NCBI RefSeq assembly: GCF_044704955.1
Contig: NC_092002.1
Coordinates: 12,152,001-12,216,000 of the forward strand
Length of the DNA stretch: 64,000 nt
Reading direction: 5' to 3'
Source: Pristiophorus japonicus
Lineage: Eukaryota
The notes beneath the pieces are model-generated. The model saw nothing but the letters and a program-made list of their open reading frames with translations, did not search any database and had not been told where the DNA came from. A program made the translations under genes and the position numbers. Below are positions 52,075 through 64,000 of this stretch, piece after piece (within the stretch, counting starts at the first letter, position 1; each line of letters begins with the position of its first letter).

Positions 52075-53170
52075 GGTGCAGCGAAGGTTCACTGGATTGA
52101 TTCCTGGGATGAGGGCTGTCCTATGATGAGAGATTGTGTCGAGTGGCCCTATACTCTCTGCTGTTTAGAAGAATGAGGTGTGATCTCATTGAAACATAAG
52201 ATTGTGAGGGGGATTGACAGGGTAGATGCTGAGAGGATGTTTCCCCCCCCGGACTGGAGTGTCCAGAACCAGGGGTCACAGTCTCAGGATAAGGGGTCGG
52301 CCATTTAAGACAGAGATGAGGAATTTCTTCACTCAGAGGGTGGTGTGAATCCTTGAAATTCCCCGCCCCAGAGGGCTGTGGATGCTGAGTCATTGAATAT
52401 ATTTCAAGGCAGAGAGCGCTCGAGTTTTGGTCTCCAGGGGAATCGAGGGATGTGACGATCAGGCGGGAAAGTGGAGTTGAAGTTGACGATCGTCCATGAT
52501 CTTATTGAATGGTGGAGCAGGCTCGAGGGGCCGTACGGCCTTCTCCTGCTCACATTTCGTATGTTTTTATGATCTGGACCAAAGGCGGGTAAATGGGCTT
52601 GAGGTACAGATCAGCTGCAATGCAATTGAACGATTCAATACTCTCAACAGGAAGGACGTTCTTGCTATTGAGGGAGTGCAGCGAAGGTTCACCAGACTGA
52701 TTCCCGGGATGGCGGGACTGACACATGAGGAGAGGCTGGATCGACTGGGCCTGTATTCACTGGAGTTTAGAAGGATGAGAGGGGATCTCATAGAAACGTA
52801 CAAGATTCTGACGGGACGGGACAGGTTAGATGCGGGAAGAATGTTCCCGATGTTGGGGAAGTCCAGAACCAGGGGGCACAGTCTTAGGATAAGGGGTAGG
52901 CCATTTAGGACCGAGATGAGGAGAAACTTCTTCACTCAGAGAGTTGCTAACCTGTGGAATTCCCTGCTGCAGAGAGTTGTTGATGCCAGTTCATTGGATA
53001 TATTGAGGAGGGAGTTAGATATGGCCCTTACGGCTAAAGGGATCGAGGGGTATGGAGAGAAAGCAGGAAAGGGGTACTGAGGTGAATGATCAGCCATGAT
53101 CTTATTGAATGGTGGTGCAGGCTCGAAGGGCCAAACAGCCTACTCCTGCACCTATTTTCTATGTTTCAAA
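52075..53170 (+). mobile_element. Two tandem CR1 3' fragments (about 52075-52570 and 52648-53170)
   Basis: ORF 52496-53080 has the CR1 ORF2 C-terminus; tails are present. Confidence 0.9.
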
Positions 53171-53854
53171 GGGCTGAATCGACTACTCCTGATCCTCTTG
53201 TGATTACTCTCTCTAGTCCCTGTCACGGGGTGTCAATGGTTAAAGAATATTGCAGCACAGAAGGAGGCCATTTGTCCCATCATGCCTGTGCCGGCTCTTT
53301 GAAAGAGCTATCCCCCGTTCTTTTCCCCCATCGTCCTGCAATTCATTTTCCTTTTCAAGTATTTATCCAAGTGCCTTTTGAAAGTTACTTTTGAATCTGC
53401 TTCCACCGCCCTTTCTGGCAGCTCATGCTAGCCTGGTGGAGAAACCATAGCAACAGCCCCACGAGCCAGTTCCGCCATTCAATTAGTGCGACTTAACATT
53501 ACAACAGTGACTACACTCCAAAGGTACTTCATTGGTTGTAAAGCGTTTTGAGACGTCCGGTGGTCGTGAAAGGCGCTATATAAATCCAAGTCTTTTAACT
53601 CTATCCGTCTTGGTTCCCGTAACCCTTAATGCTCTTGCCTAACAAGCATCGGTTTTGAAAATTTCAATTGACCCCCCCCAGCCTCAACAGCTTTTTTTTG
53701 GGGGGGGGGGGGGTGAGTTTGAGATTTCCACTGCCCTTTACGTGAAGAAGTGCTTCCTGACAGCACCCACTGAACGGCCTAGCTCTAATTTTAAGGTTAT
53801 TCCTCCCCCCCCCCCCGTGTGTTGATAAAACCTATGCGTATTTTCTGTTTTCAG

Positions 53855-53908
53855 GGTTTACTGTCTGCACAGAATCAAGCTAATTCACCGAGCGGGACTG
53901 TGGTGTAG
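53855..53908 (+). CDS. DMWD: DMWD terminal coding exon GLLSAQNQANSPSGTVV*
   Basis: Strong acceptor TTTTCTGTTTTCAG|, phase 0. The C-terminus NSPSGTVV matches human DMWD as recalled. Total CDS is 84+61+426+17=588 aa. Confidence 0.9.
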   Translation, partial: GLLSAQNQANSPSGTVV

Positions 53909-54691
53909 CTGGAATCTGGTGCGAAAGGACATTGAGCTGTTGAGATACGTGGGCACTGCTGGTATCTCGGCACTCGCCCGTCAAGACCCGGAGCCGCTGG
54001 TGCATCGACACTCCTGGTTCGCGGAGAAGGAATCCCCAGAGCTGCGTCGGCCACGAGCCGAAATGGACTCCTTTATTTATTAATCATTTGAAACTAAAAT
54101 CCTTGTCAGTGGAGCTCGGCCCTTAAATGACATCTAATTTATGTAACTGTACAGTCCAAGTGTAACACAGAGCGCGAAACGAGGAGCTTTATCAGTGTCT
54201 TAACTACAGATAGATTATTATATATTGTGTACATAGACAAAGGAACTAATCGAGGACAGGCAATCAATGTAATTCTCATCGCAGAGGCCGGTACAAGCCG
54301 GGAGCAGGCCAGATCCCACACTCCCGAGCACTAGAAATAGGATTTGGTCCAAGGCAAATCCCAATTATGTTCATCTCCAAACTGAAGAGGAAAATCACCC
54401 GAGGCTTTGAAGCCCGAACGGAACACTCCATCTGCTGTTGTTTGCAAAATGGGATGATGGCGAGTCGATGGTCGCTATTTTGTTTTTTTTGCACTTAATC
54501 GAATTGTTCGACCAGAGGCTGGGCTGTGATGCAGTACATTTGGTACCATTACCTCTGGCTATAAATATTGTCCCTGCAGAGATTTGCAACTGATAACTGG
54601 TTTCTCCTTTATTAAAATATTTAAAATATGTTTCTAATACGGTAGGGTTGTTTTTCTTGGCTACTTTTAGCCAGTGTCTGGAGGGAATAAA
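53909..54691 (+). other. DMWD: DMWD 3' UTR with candidate polyA signals ATTAAA (54611-54616) and AATAAA (54686-54691)
   Basis: Repeat-free stretch after the stop. Contains the Pumilio element TGTACATA at 54228-54235 and TTGCACT at 54489-54495. Confidence 0.65.
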
Positions 54692-54799
54692 AACAGAATA
54701 CGGGAAATCTCAGCGGGTCAGGCAGCATCTGTGGAGAGGAAGCAGCGTTAATTCTTCGTGTCGATGACCCTTCGTCAGAACTCACCAGTTGACCAGTTG

Positions 54800-57700
54800 C
54801 GATGTTGGGGAAGTCCAGAACCAGGGCTCCCAGTCTAAGGATAAGGGGTAAGCCATTTAGGACCGAGTTGAGAAACTTCTTCACTGAGAATTGTGAACCT
54901 GTGGAATTCTCTACCACAGAAAGTTGTTGAGGCCAGTTCATTGGACATATCCAAGAGGGCGTTAGATGTGGCCCTTACGGCTAAAGGGATCAAGGGGTAT
55001 GGAGAGAAAGCAGGAGTGGGGTACTGAAGTTGCATGATCAGCCATGATCATATTGAATGGTGATGCAAGCTCGAATGGCCTGATCCTGCACCTATTTTCT
55101 ATGTTTCTATGACCTGCTGAGATTTTCAGCATTTTCTGTTTTCAATCCAGATTCCAGCATCCGCAGTATTTTGTTTTTGTATTGGTGTCTGGAGGGAGCA
55201 AGGGTGACCTTGAAGTGAACCTCTGAGCTGTGGGAGGGCCCGGAGATAGAAACATAGACAATAGGTGCAGGAACAGGCCATTCGGCCCTTCGAGCCTGCA
55301 GTACCATTCAATATGATCATGGCTGATCATGCAACTTCAGTACCCCACTCCTGCTTTCTCTCCATACCCCTTGATCCCTTTAGCCATAAGGGCCACATTT
55401 TACTCCCTTTTGAATATATCCAACAAACTGGTATCAACAACTTTCTGTGGTAGAGAATTCCACAGGTTCACAATTCTCTGAGTGAAGAAGTTTCTCATCT
55501 CAGTCCTAAATGGCTTACCCCTTATCCTTAGACTGTGACCCCTGGTTCTGGACTTCCCCAACATCAGGAACATTCTTCCTGCATCTAATCTGTCCAATCT
55601 CGTCAGAATTTTATATGTTTCTATGAGATCCGCTCTCATTCTTCTAAATTACAGTGAATATAAGCCTAGTCGATCCAGTCTTTCTCCATATGTGGGCATG
55701 TGAGATAGAACTGACCATTTTGTGTTTCTGCAGGACTGAGATGAGGAGAAATGTCTTCACTCAGAGGGTTGTGAATCTTTGGATGCTAAACGGTTCAGTA
55801 TATTCAAGACTGAGCTCGATAGATTTTTGGACTCTCGGGGAATCGAGGGATATGGGGATCGGGCGGGAAAGTGGAGTTGAGGTCGAAGATCAGCCAGGAT
55901 CTTGTTGAATGATGGAGCAGGCTCAAAGTGCCATATAAGGACATAAGAAATAGGAGCAGGAGTCGGCCATTCGGCCCCTCGAGCCTGCTCCGCCATTCAA
56001 TAAAATCATGGCTGATCTACCTCAACTCCTCCTTCCTGCACTATCCCCATATCCCTTGATTCCCTTAATATCCAAAAATCTATCGATCTCTGTCTTGAAT
56101 ATATTCAACGACTGAGCCTCCACAGCCCTCTGGGGTAGAGAATTCCAAAGATATACCACCCTCTTGAGTGAAGAAGTTTCTTCTCATCTCAGTCATAAAT
56201 GGCCGACGCCTTATTCCGAGACTATGATTTATTTCTAGACTCTTCAGCCAGAGGAAATATCCTTCCAGCATCTAAACTGTCAAGCCCTGTAAGAATTCTG
56301 TGTGTTTCAATGAGATCACCTCTCATTCTTCTAAACTCTAGAGAATATTGGCCTAGTCTACTCAATCTCTCCTCACAGGACAATCCCCCCCTCCATCCCA
56401 GGAATCAGTCTGGCGAACCTTCGTTGCACTCCCTCTATGGCAAGTATATCCTTCCTTAGGTAAGGAGAACAAAACTGTACACAATACTCCAGGTGCGGTA
56501 TCACCAGAGCCCGATATAATTGCAGTAAGATGTCTTTTATCTTCTACTCAAACCCTCTTGTAATAAAGGGCAACATACCATTTGCTCTCTTAAACGCTTG
56601 GTGTACCTGCATGTTAACGTTCAGCGATTCGTGTACAAGGACACCCAGGTCCCTCTGAACACCAACATTTCCCGATATCTCACCATTTAAAAAATACTCT
56701 GCTCTTCTATTTTGACTACCAAAATGGATATAACTTCACATTTCTTTATATGACCCGCTTCTGCTCCTAATTCTTATGTTCTGATGCTGGCTCCAGGCTT
56801 ACTCTGGCCTGCGACAGCCTCTCAGTTTCCTGGGCCAGGCTGCTGCACCTTCCCTCTTATTTGCTGATATTCCACGGACATAGCGGGAATTTAAGCCTGG
56901 GCAGGACTCCTGCGATACTTTGTCTATGGGGAACCTTTTCACGCATTCTAAACATTGCTCTTGCATTAAAGTTTCTTCCAAAAATCAGCAGGAAAAGACA
57001 TGCCGAGAGGTGACTGGTGGGCAATGTGTCCACACGCAATGTTTCTGATGTACCCTGTGATCTTCCTGGCTCATCTCACAGCGAGTGGGATGACTTAGAA
57101 GAACATAAGAAATAGGAGTGGGTCACTAGGCCCCTCGAGCCTGCTCCGCCATTCAATAAGATCATGGCTGATCTGATCATGGCCTCAGCTCCACTTCCCC
57201 GCCCTCTCCCCATAACCCTTGACCCCCTTATCACTCAAAAATCTGTCTTATCTCCACCTTAAATGTATTCAATGACCCAGCCTCCACAGCTCTCTGGGGC
57301 AGAGAATTCCAAAAATGCACCACCCTCTGAGGGAAGAAATTCCTTCTCATCCCCATTTTAAATGGACGACCCCCTATTCTGAAACTCTGCCCCCTCGTTC
57401 TAGATTCCCCCACAAGGGGAAACAACCATTTGCTCTGTTCCTTTCATCTCGGGTAAGATATACTAGGCTTGTAGAGAGTGCTGTGCAGATTCACCAGAAT
57501 GGTACCATGGCTTAAAGGGTTCAATCACGCAGACAGGTTGCCTAAATGTAGTTCGTGCTCCCTTGGGTTCAGAAGGTTAAGTGTGCGATCCAGTTGAGGT
57601 GCTGGAGATGATAAAGGAATTCAATAGGGTCGATACAGAGAAACTATTTGCTTTGGTATGGGAATCCACAACAAGTGGGGGCATAATTTTACAGACTCTG

Positions 57701-59020
57701 ACCCCTGGTTCAAAAATCCCCAGCCAGGGGAAACATCTACCCTGTCAAAGCCCTCTAAGAAGTTTGTATGTTTCAATGAGATCACCTCTCATTCTTCTAA
57801 AGTCTAGAGAATATAGGCCTGGTCTACTCAATTTCCTAATAGGACAATTCCCCCATCCCAGGAATCAGTCTGGTGAACCTTCGTTACACTCCCTCTATGA
57901 CAAATATACCCTTGGGTAAGGAGACCAAAACTGTGCTCAATAAGTCCATATAAGCCATTGGCCATAGGAAGGGTAGGTTTACCAGAATGATACCTGGACT
58001 CCAAGGGTTAAATTAATAGAAGAGATTATACAACTGGGGTTGTATTCGCTTGGAATTTAGAAGGTTAAGGGATAATCTGATCGAAGTTTTCAAGATATGA
58101 AGGGGAACTTTTTTTAAACTGAGTTGAGAAGTAATTTCTTCTCCCAGAGGGTTGTGAATCTGTGGAATTCTCTGCCCAAGATAGCAGTTGAGACTAGCTC
58201 ATTGAATATATTCAAATCACAGAGAGATAGATTTTTAACCAATAAGGGAATTAAGGGTTATGGGGAGCGGGTGGGTAAGTGGAGCTGAGTCCACGGCCAG
58301 ATCAGCCATGATCTTGTTGGGTGGCGGAGCAGGCTCAAGGGTCTAGATGGCCTACTCCTGTTCCTAATTCTTATGTTCTTATTAATGTTGGGGAAGTCCA
58401 GAACCAGCGGTCACAGTCTAAGAATAAGGGGTAAGCCATTTAGGACCGAGATGAGGAGAAACTTCTTCACCCAGAGAGTGGTGAACCTGTGGAATTCTCT
58501 CCCACAGAAAGTTGTTGAGGCCAATTCACTAAATATATTCAAAAAGGAGTTATATCTAATCCTTACTACTAGGGGGATCAAGGGGTATGGCGAGAAAGCA
58601 GGAATGGGGTACTGAAGTTGCATGTTCAGCCATGAACTCATTGAATGGCGGTGCAGGCTCGAAGGGCCGAATGGCCTACTCCTGCACCTATTTTCTATGT
58701 TTCTATTAACTGGTAGGGTAGATAGAGAAAAACTATTTCCGCTGGTTGTCAATCTAGCACTGGGGGGCATAGGAGTAAAGTTCTGAGGAACTTCTAGGCT
58801 CAAACGGTGGTAGAAGTTTTTTAACTCTCTTCCGCAAACGGCAATTGATGCTAAGTCAATTGTTAATTTTAAATCGGAGAGTGCTAGCTTTTTGTTAACC
58901 AAAGGTATTAATGGATATGGGGCAATGGTGGGTAGATGGAGTTAGATCACAGAGAAGCCGTGATCTCACTGAATGACGGAACAGCTCGAGGGCCTAAATG
59001 GCCGCCTCCTGTTCCTATGA
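54800..59020. mobile_element. Dense cluster of CR1 3' fragments in both orientations (+ about 54800-55110, - 55245-55690, + 55730-55930, - 55935-56750, - 57100-57420, + 57970-58380, + 58385-58705, + 58710-59020)
   Basis: Repeated GHSLRI/FFTQRVVNLWNSLP motifs and octamer tails. Confidence 0.88.
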
Positions 59021-60384
59021 CGATCCTTTTAATTTGAATGTCAGCTCATGGTCTCACAGATACGTTTGATCGACACCCTTTATTAAACTCTGCAAATTCC
59101 ACATACTTAGTATGCAGTAATTAGGAGATTGGTACAAACTTTGTGCTCACGATTAAAGAACCCATCAGGAGTCCAAATTGAGTTCTCTGACCGCTCACAG
59201 TCGCCCGGAGCAAGACTAGTTAAGAATCCCTTCGATGTATCGTGACTTTATACTGTTGAGTGCATAGGCTTGGTACATAGTGGCAACTTGGGACGTTTTA
59301 CTATGTTAGTGGTGTTATATAAATGCAAGCTGTAAGCACGCCTGCAGTACGCACAGTTAAGGCACAAGTGCGTTAGTTGTGCGTAGGGTTGGTACATGAG
59401 GACACCCATGCACCTCACGGACCACTTCTCCCCTCGTGTACGCGTATTGAAGTTTTATCTGTTTAATTTTATCTGGGCATTTCACTCTTGAACAATCAGG
59501 CTGGCGTTGAACCCCTGGTTTTTCACATCTGGTCTTATGTCCAAACTCCCCGCTCATCCCTGACGCGTAACCAGACACCTCGTAACATTCCTCTCACACT
59601 TCTTCCCCACAAGCTTTCTTCCTTTTGCAGCTTTCGCTCGCGTTGGAGGCCATTCAGCCCCTTCCTCATATCATACCTATTCCACCATTCATGGCTGATC
59701 TGTAACGTAACTCCATTTAGCCCTCTTGGTTCCGTATCCCTTAATAGCCTTGCCTATCAAAAATCTTTATCAATCTCAGTTGTGAAATTTTCAATTGACC
59801 CCCCAGCCTCTTTTGGGAGAGGGAGCGTTCCAAATTTTCACTACCCTACAAGTAATCGCTCCACCATTGGTGGTCGTGCCTTCATCTGCCAAGGAGCCAA
59901 GCTCTGGAATTCCCTCCCTAAACCTCTCCGCCTCTCTGCCTCTCTTAAAACCTACCTCTTTGACCAAGCTTTTGGTCACCTGCCCTAACTTCTCCTTAGG
60001 TGGCTCGGTGTCAGGTGAAACACGTTGGGACGTTTTACTATGTTAAAGGTGCTATATAAATGCAAGTTGTGTATGAGGGTGGAAGGAACGGCAAATTTTG
60101 TTAAAGGAAGAAAGACTTGGATTTATATAGCGCCTTTCACAACCACTGCGATTCTGCTAATGAAGTACTTTTGGAGTGTAGTCACTGTTATAATGTAATA
60201 AAGGAATAAATGTAGTTGAGTGAGCAACAATATACCACATGTAGGGTGTAGGCAAAATTGACCAAATTGCATTTATTGCACGTCTCTTGTATCCCTCGAG
60301 AAAGTGATGGTGAGCCGCCTTCTTGAGCCGCTGCAGTCCGTGTGGTGAAGGTACTCTCACAATGCTATTAGATAGCGAGTTCCA

Positions 60385-60890
60385 GGGTTGATTTTCCAAA
60401 TGTCCTGCTATTGCTTCCTTAATAAGGCATTTTCCCAACGACAGGCTAACTGGTCTATAGTTTCCTGCTTTCTGTCTCCTTTTTTAAATAGGGGCATTAC
60501 ATTTGTGGTTTTCCAATCTGTTGGGACATCTCCACAATCCAGAGAATTTTGGTAGATTACAACCAATGCATCCACTATCTCTGCAGCCACTTCTTTTAAG
60601 ACCCTAGAATGCAGGTCATCAGGTCCAGGGGACTTGTCCACCTTTAATCCCATTATTTACCAAGTACTTTTTCTTTAGTGATAGGGATTGTTTTAAGTCT
60701 CCGCACCCCCACCCCCCACCCCCCCCCCCCCCCTCCCCGCAATAGCTTCTTGATAATCAATTATTGGGATGTTTTTAGTGTCTTCTACTGTGAAGACCGA
60801 TACAAAATATTTGTTCAACGTCTCTGCCATTTCCCCGTTATTAATTTCCCTGTCTCATCCTCTGAGGGACCAACATTTATTTTAGCAAGT
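60385..60890 (-). mobile_element. Old CR1 ORF2 internal fragment
   Basis: GLKVDKSPGPDDLHSRVLKEVA..PLFKKG. Confidence 0.85.
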
Positions 60891-61419
60891 TCCAGGGTTG
60901 CACTGTCAACAATACAAAAAAGGTGAATGAACCCTTTAAAATTCTGAACTTGAGTTGATATCAAAAGTATATTATAGTTTAACCAAATATTCCTTAATTT
61001 CCACTGCTGTAAAACTCTCTCAATTAAATGTTTTGCAATGTTGCTTAATTCATCATTTGTGCAATCCCAGATCGTGGGTTGCTGAAGTAGTTCACCCCTA
61101 TATCGTTTAAAATGAAGTCACACCCTTGGGTTGTTACAGCTGTTTTGTGGGTGTGTACATTGGCTTCCTGTCCGTATGCTAGTTATAATTCTAAGTTGCA
61201 GCTTTTTGGTGAGTTCCTCATTCTGGCACACTGAAGAAACGGTGCCAAGCTTAAAGCCAGCAGGTAAAGATAAAGAGTTTTATCTTATCTCATTTTAAAT
61301 GTAACATTGTAATCAATGTAATATTTTTCAATTGCTTTTAATTTGATTTAACCAGCAAATATCAAACTATAAATAAGAGAAACAATCTTATCTCTGAAAA
61401 TCAAGAAGCAGAATCAATT

Positions 61420-63215
61420 GGTGGAGCTAAGAAACAGCAAGGGTCAGAAAATAATGGTAGGAGTTATTTACAGGTCTCCAAACAGTAATTGTAATGTAGT
61501 GCAGAGTATAAATCAGGAAATTAGAGGTGCATGTAACAAGGGTAATGCAGTAATCATGGGGGACTTTAATCTGCATATAGACTAGGCAAACCAAATTTGC
61601 AGTAATAGTGTGGAGGACGAATTCATGCAATGTATACAAGATGGTTTTCTAGATCAATATTTTGAGGAACCAACTAGGGAGCAGATATTTTAGATCTAGA
61701 AATTGTACAATGAGAAAGGGTTAATTAATAATTTTGTAGTAAAGGGGCCCTTAGGGAAGAGTGGCCATAACATGATAGAATTTTATATTGAGTTTGAAAG
61801 TGCTTTAGTTAAATCCGAAACTAGGGTCTTAAATCTAAAGAAAGCAAACTACATAGATATGAGGGGCGAGTTGGCTAAAGTAGATTGGGAAACAACATTA
61901 AAGGGTATGATGGTAAATGAGCAACGGCTCGCATTTAAAGAATTAATACATAATTTACAACAAACATACATTCCTTTAAGGCACAAAAACTCCACAGGTA
62001 AAGTGGTCCAACCGTGGTTAAGAAGAGAAGTTAAAGATATTATTAGATCAAAGAGACTTATAATGTTGCCAAAAAGAGCAGTAAGCCTGAGGAGTGGGAG
62101 AATTTTAGAATTCAGCAAAGTAGGGCCAAGAAATTGCTTAAAGAAAGGGAAAATAGAATATGAGAGTAAACTAGTGAGAGACATAAAAACAGACTGTAAA
62201 AGCTTCTATGGGTATGTAAAAAGGAAATGGTTAGCAAAAGTAAATGTGGGTCCCCAATAGGCTGAGAAAGGAGAAATTATAATGGGAATAAGGAAATGGC
62301 AGAGAAATTAAATGAGTACTTTGTGTCTGTCTTCACGGAAGAAGTCACGAAAAACCTCCCGGCAATAGTGGGGTACCAAGGGTCTAGCGAGAATGAGGAA
62401 TTGAAAGAAATTAGTATCAGTAAAAGAATAGTACTGGAGAAATTAATAGGACTGAAAGCCAATAAATCCCCTGGACCTGATGGCCTACATCCTGGGGTTT
62501 TGAAAGAGGTGGCTATAGAGATAGTGGATGGATTGGTTGTCATCTTCCAAAATTCCATAGATTCTGAACAGTTCCTGCAGATTGGAATTTTTTGAGGTTG
62601 TAACGAGCAGAATAGATAAGGGGGAACCAGTGGATGTGGTGTATTTGGATTTTCAGAAGGCATCAGATAAGGTGCCACAAAATTAGGGCTCATGGGATTG
62701 GGGGTAATATACTAGCGTGGATTGAGGATTGGTTAACGTCAGATAACAGAGAGTAGGAATAAACAGGTCATTTTCAGATTGGCAGACTGTAACTAGTGGG
62801 GTACCGCAATGATCAGTGCTTGGACCCCAGCTATTCACAATCTTTATCAATGATTTGGATGAGGGGACCAAATGTAATATATCAAAGTTTGGTGATGATA
62901 CAAAGCTAGGTGGAATGTAAGTTGTGAGGAGGATACGAAGAGGCTTCAAGGGGGTACAGACAGGCTGAGTGAGTGGGCAAGAACATGGTAAATGGAATAT
63001 AATGTGGAGAAATGTGAAGTTATCCACTTTGGTAGGAAAAATACAAAAGCAGAGTATTTTTTAAATGGTGAGAGATTGGGAAATGTTGGTGTTCAGAGGG
63101 ACCTGGGTGTCCTTGTACACCAATCACTGAAAGTTAACATGTGGGTACAGCAAGCAATAAAGAAAGCAAATGGGACGTTGGCCTTTATTACAAGAGGATT
63201 TGTGTATAAGAGTAA
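61420..63215 (+). mobile_element. Decayed CR1 ORF2 (endonuclease to RT) fragment
   Basis: PLGKSGHNMIEF, KSPGPDGLHPGVLKE and KCEVIHFGRKN, with many stops and frameshifts. Confidence 0.9.
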
Positions 63216-63489
63216 AGGGGGCCAAAATTGCCTCTTTCCTTAAGGCCTGTTACCACCGTTGCGGAGTGCAATGGCCGCCAACTTTTGGTGGAATGTCCGC
63301 CAATAGCCCAATTGCCCTCCCGAGGTTTCCCGCCGGTGCCCCAATCCCTCCCTTACCGCTCCGCTGCTGCCGATCCACAGTAAGCGTGTCATCACTGCGC
63401 ACCCACCGCCCATCTACCCCACCGACTGCGACACTCCCTTCTGAAAATCTTCAGCCCGCTCAGCGGTGCCAAAACAAGCTTTCAGCCGA

Positions 63490-64000
63490 TAAGAACATAA
63501 GAAATAGGAGTAGGATTCGGCCATACGGCCCCTCGAGCCTGCTCCGCCATTTAATAAGATCATGGCTGATCCGATCATGGACTCAGGTCCACTTCCCCGC
63601 CCGCTCCCCATAACCCCTTAATCCCTTATCGGTTAAGAAGCTGTCTATCTCTGTCTTAAATTTATTCAAAGTCCCGGCTTCCACAGTTCTCTGAGGCAGC
63701 AAATTCCACAGATTCACAACCCTCTGAGAGAAGAAATTCCTCCTCATCTCAGTTTTAAATGGGCGGCCCCTTATTCTAAGATTATGCCCTCTAGTTCTAG
63801 TCTCCCCCATCAGTGGAAACATCCTCTCTGCATCCATCTTGTCGAGCCCCCTCATAATCTTGTACGTTTCGATAAGATCATCTCTCATTCTTCCGAATTC
63901 CAATGAGTAGAGGCCCAACCTACTCAACCTTTCCTCATAAGTCAACACTCTCATCTCCGGAATCAACCTAGTGAACTTGCTCTGAACTGCTCCAAAGCAA
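63490..64000 (-). mobile_element. CR1 3' fragment running off the right edge
   Basis: ORF 63583-63966, and the tail ATAAGAACATAAGAAATAGGAG. Confidence 0.9.

Noticed and set aside
53909-64000. DMPK exons or a (CTG)n tract expected from human synteny
   Set aside because: No kinase motifs and no CTG run are visible; the region is UTR and LINE debris.

Overview
Eukaryotic, repeat-saturated vertebrate DNA, most likely a cartilaginous fish. That inference rests on CR1 LINEs with an esterase ORF1, SacSINE1-like Deu-domain SINEs, and RTE and L2 debris. Three genes can be read from splice signals. (1) The first coding exon of FOXA3 lies on the minus strand (13918-13847); its intron runs off the left edge through a >13 kb satellite. 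(2) A previously unrecognised small spliced gene on the plus strand has a CpG-island promoter near 29050 and three phase-0 coding exons (29755-29802, 30643-30774, 32452-32577) encoding 101 aa. (3) A complete four-exon WDR20-family gene on the plus strand (34458-53908, 588 aa) is called DMWD from diagnostic residues and FOXA3 linkage. The rest is tandem arrays (16/8-mer, TG-rich, 26-, 68-, 35- and 56-bp units), one near-full-length decayed CR1 nested in an L2, an RTE insertion with a 5' inversion and TSD, many CR1 3' fragments and SINEs, and a 130-N gap. Most long ORFs in the supplied track are repeat artefacts. No database search or alignment was run; homology calls come from recalled sequences and copy numbers are estimates by eye.
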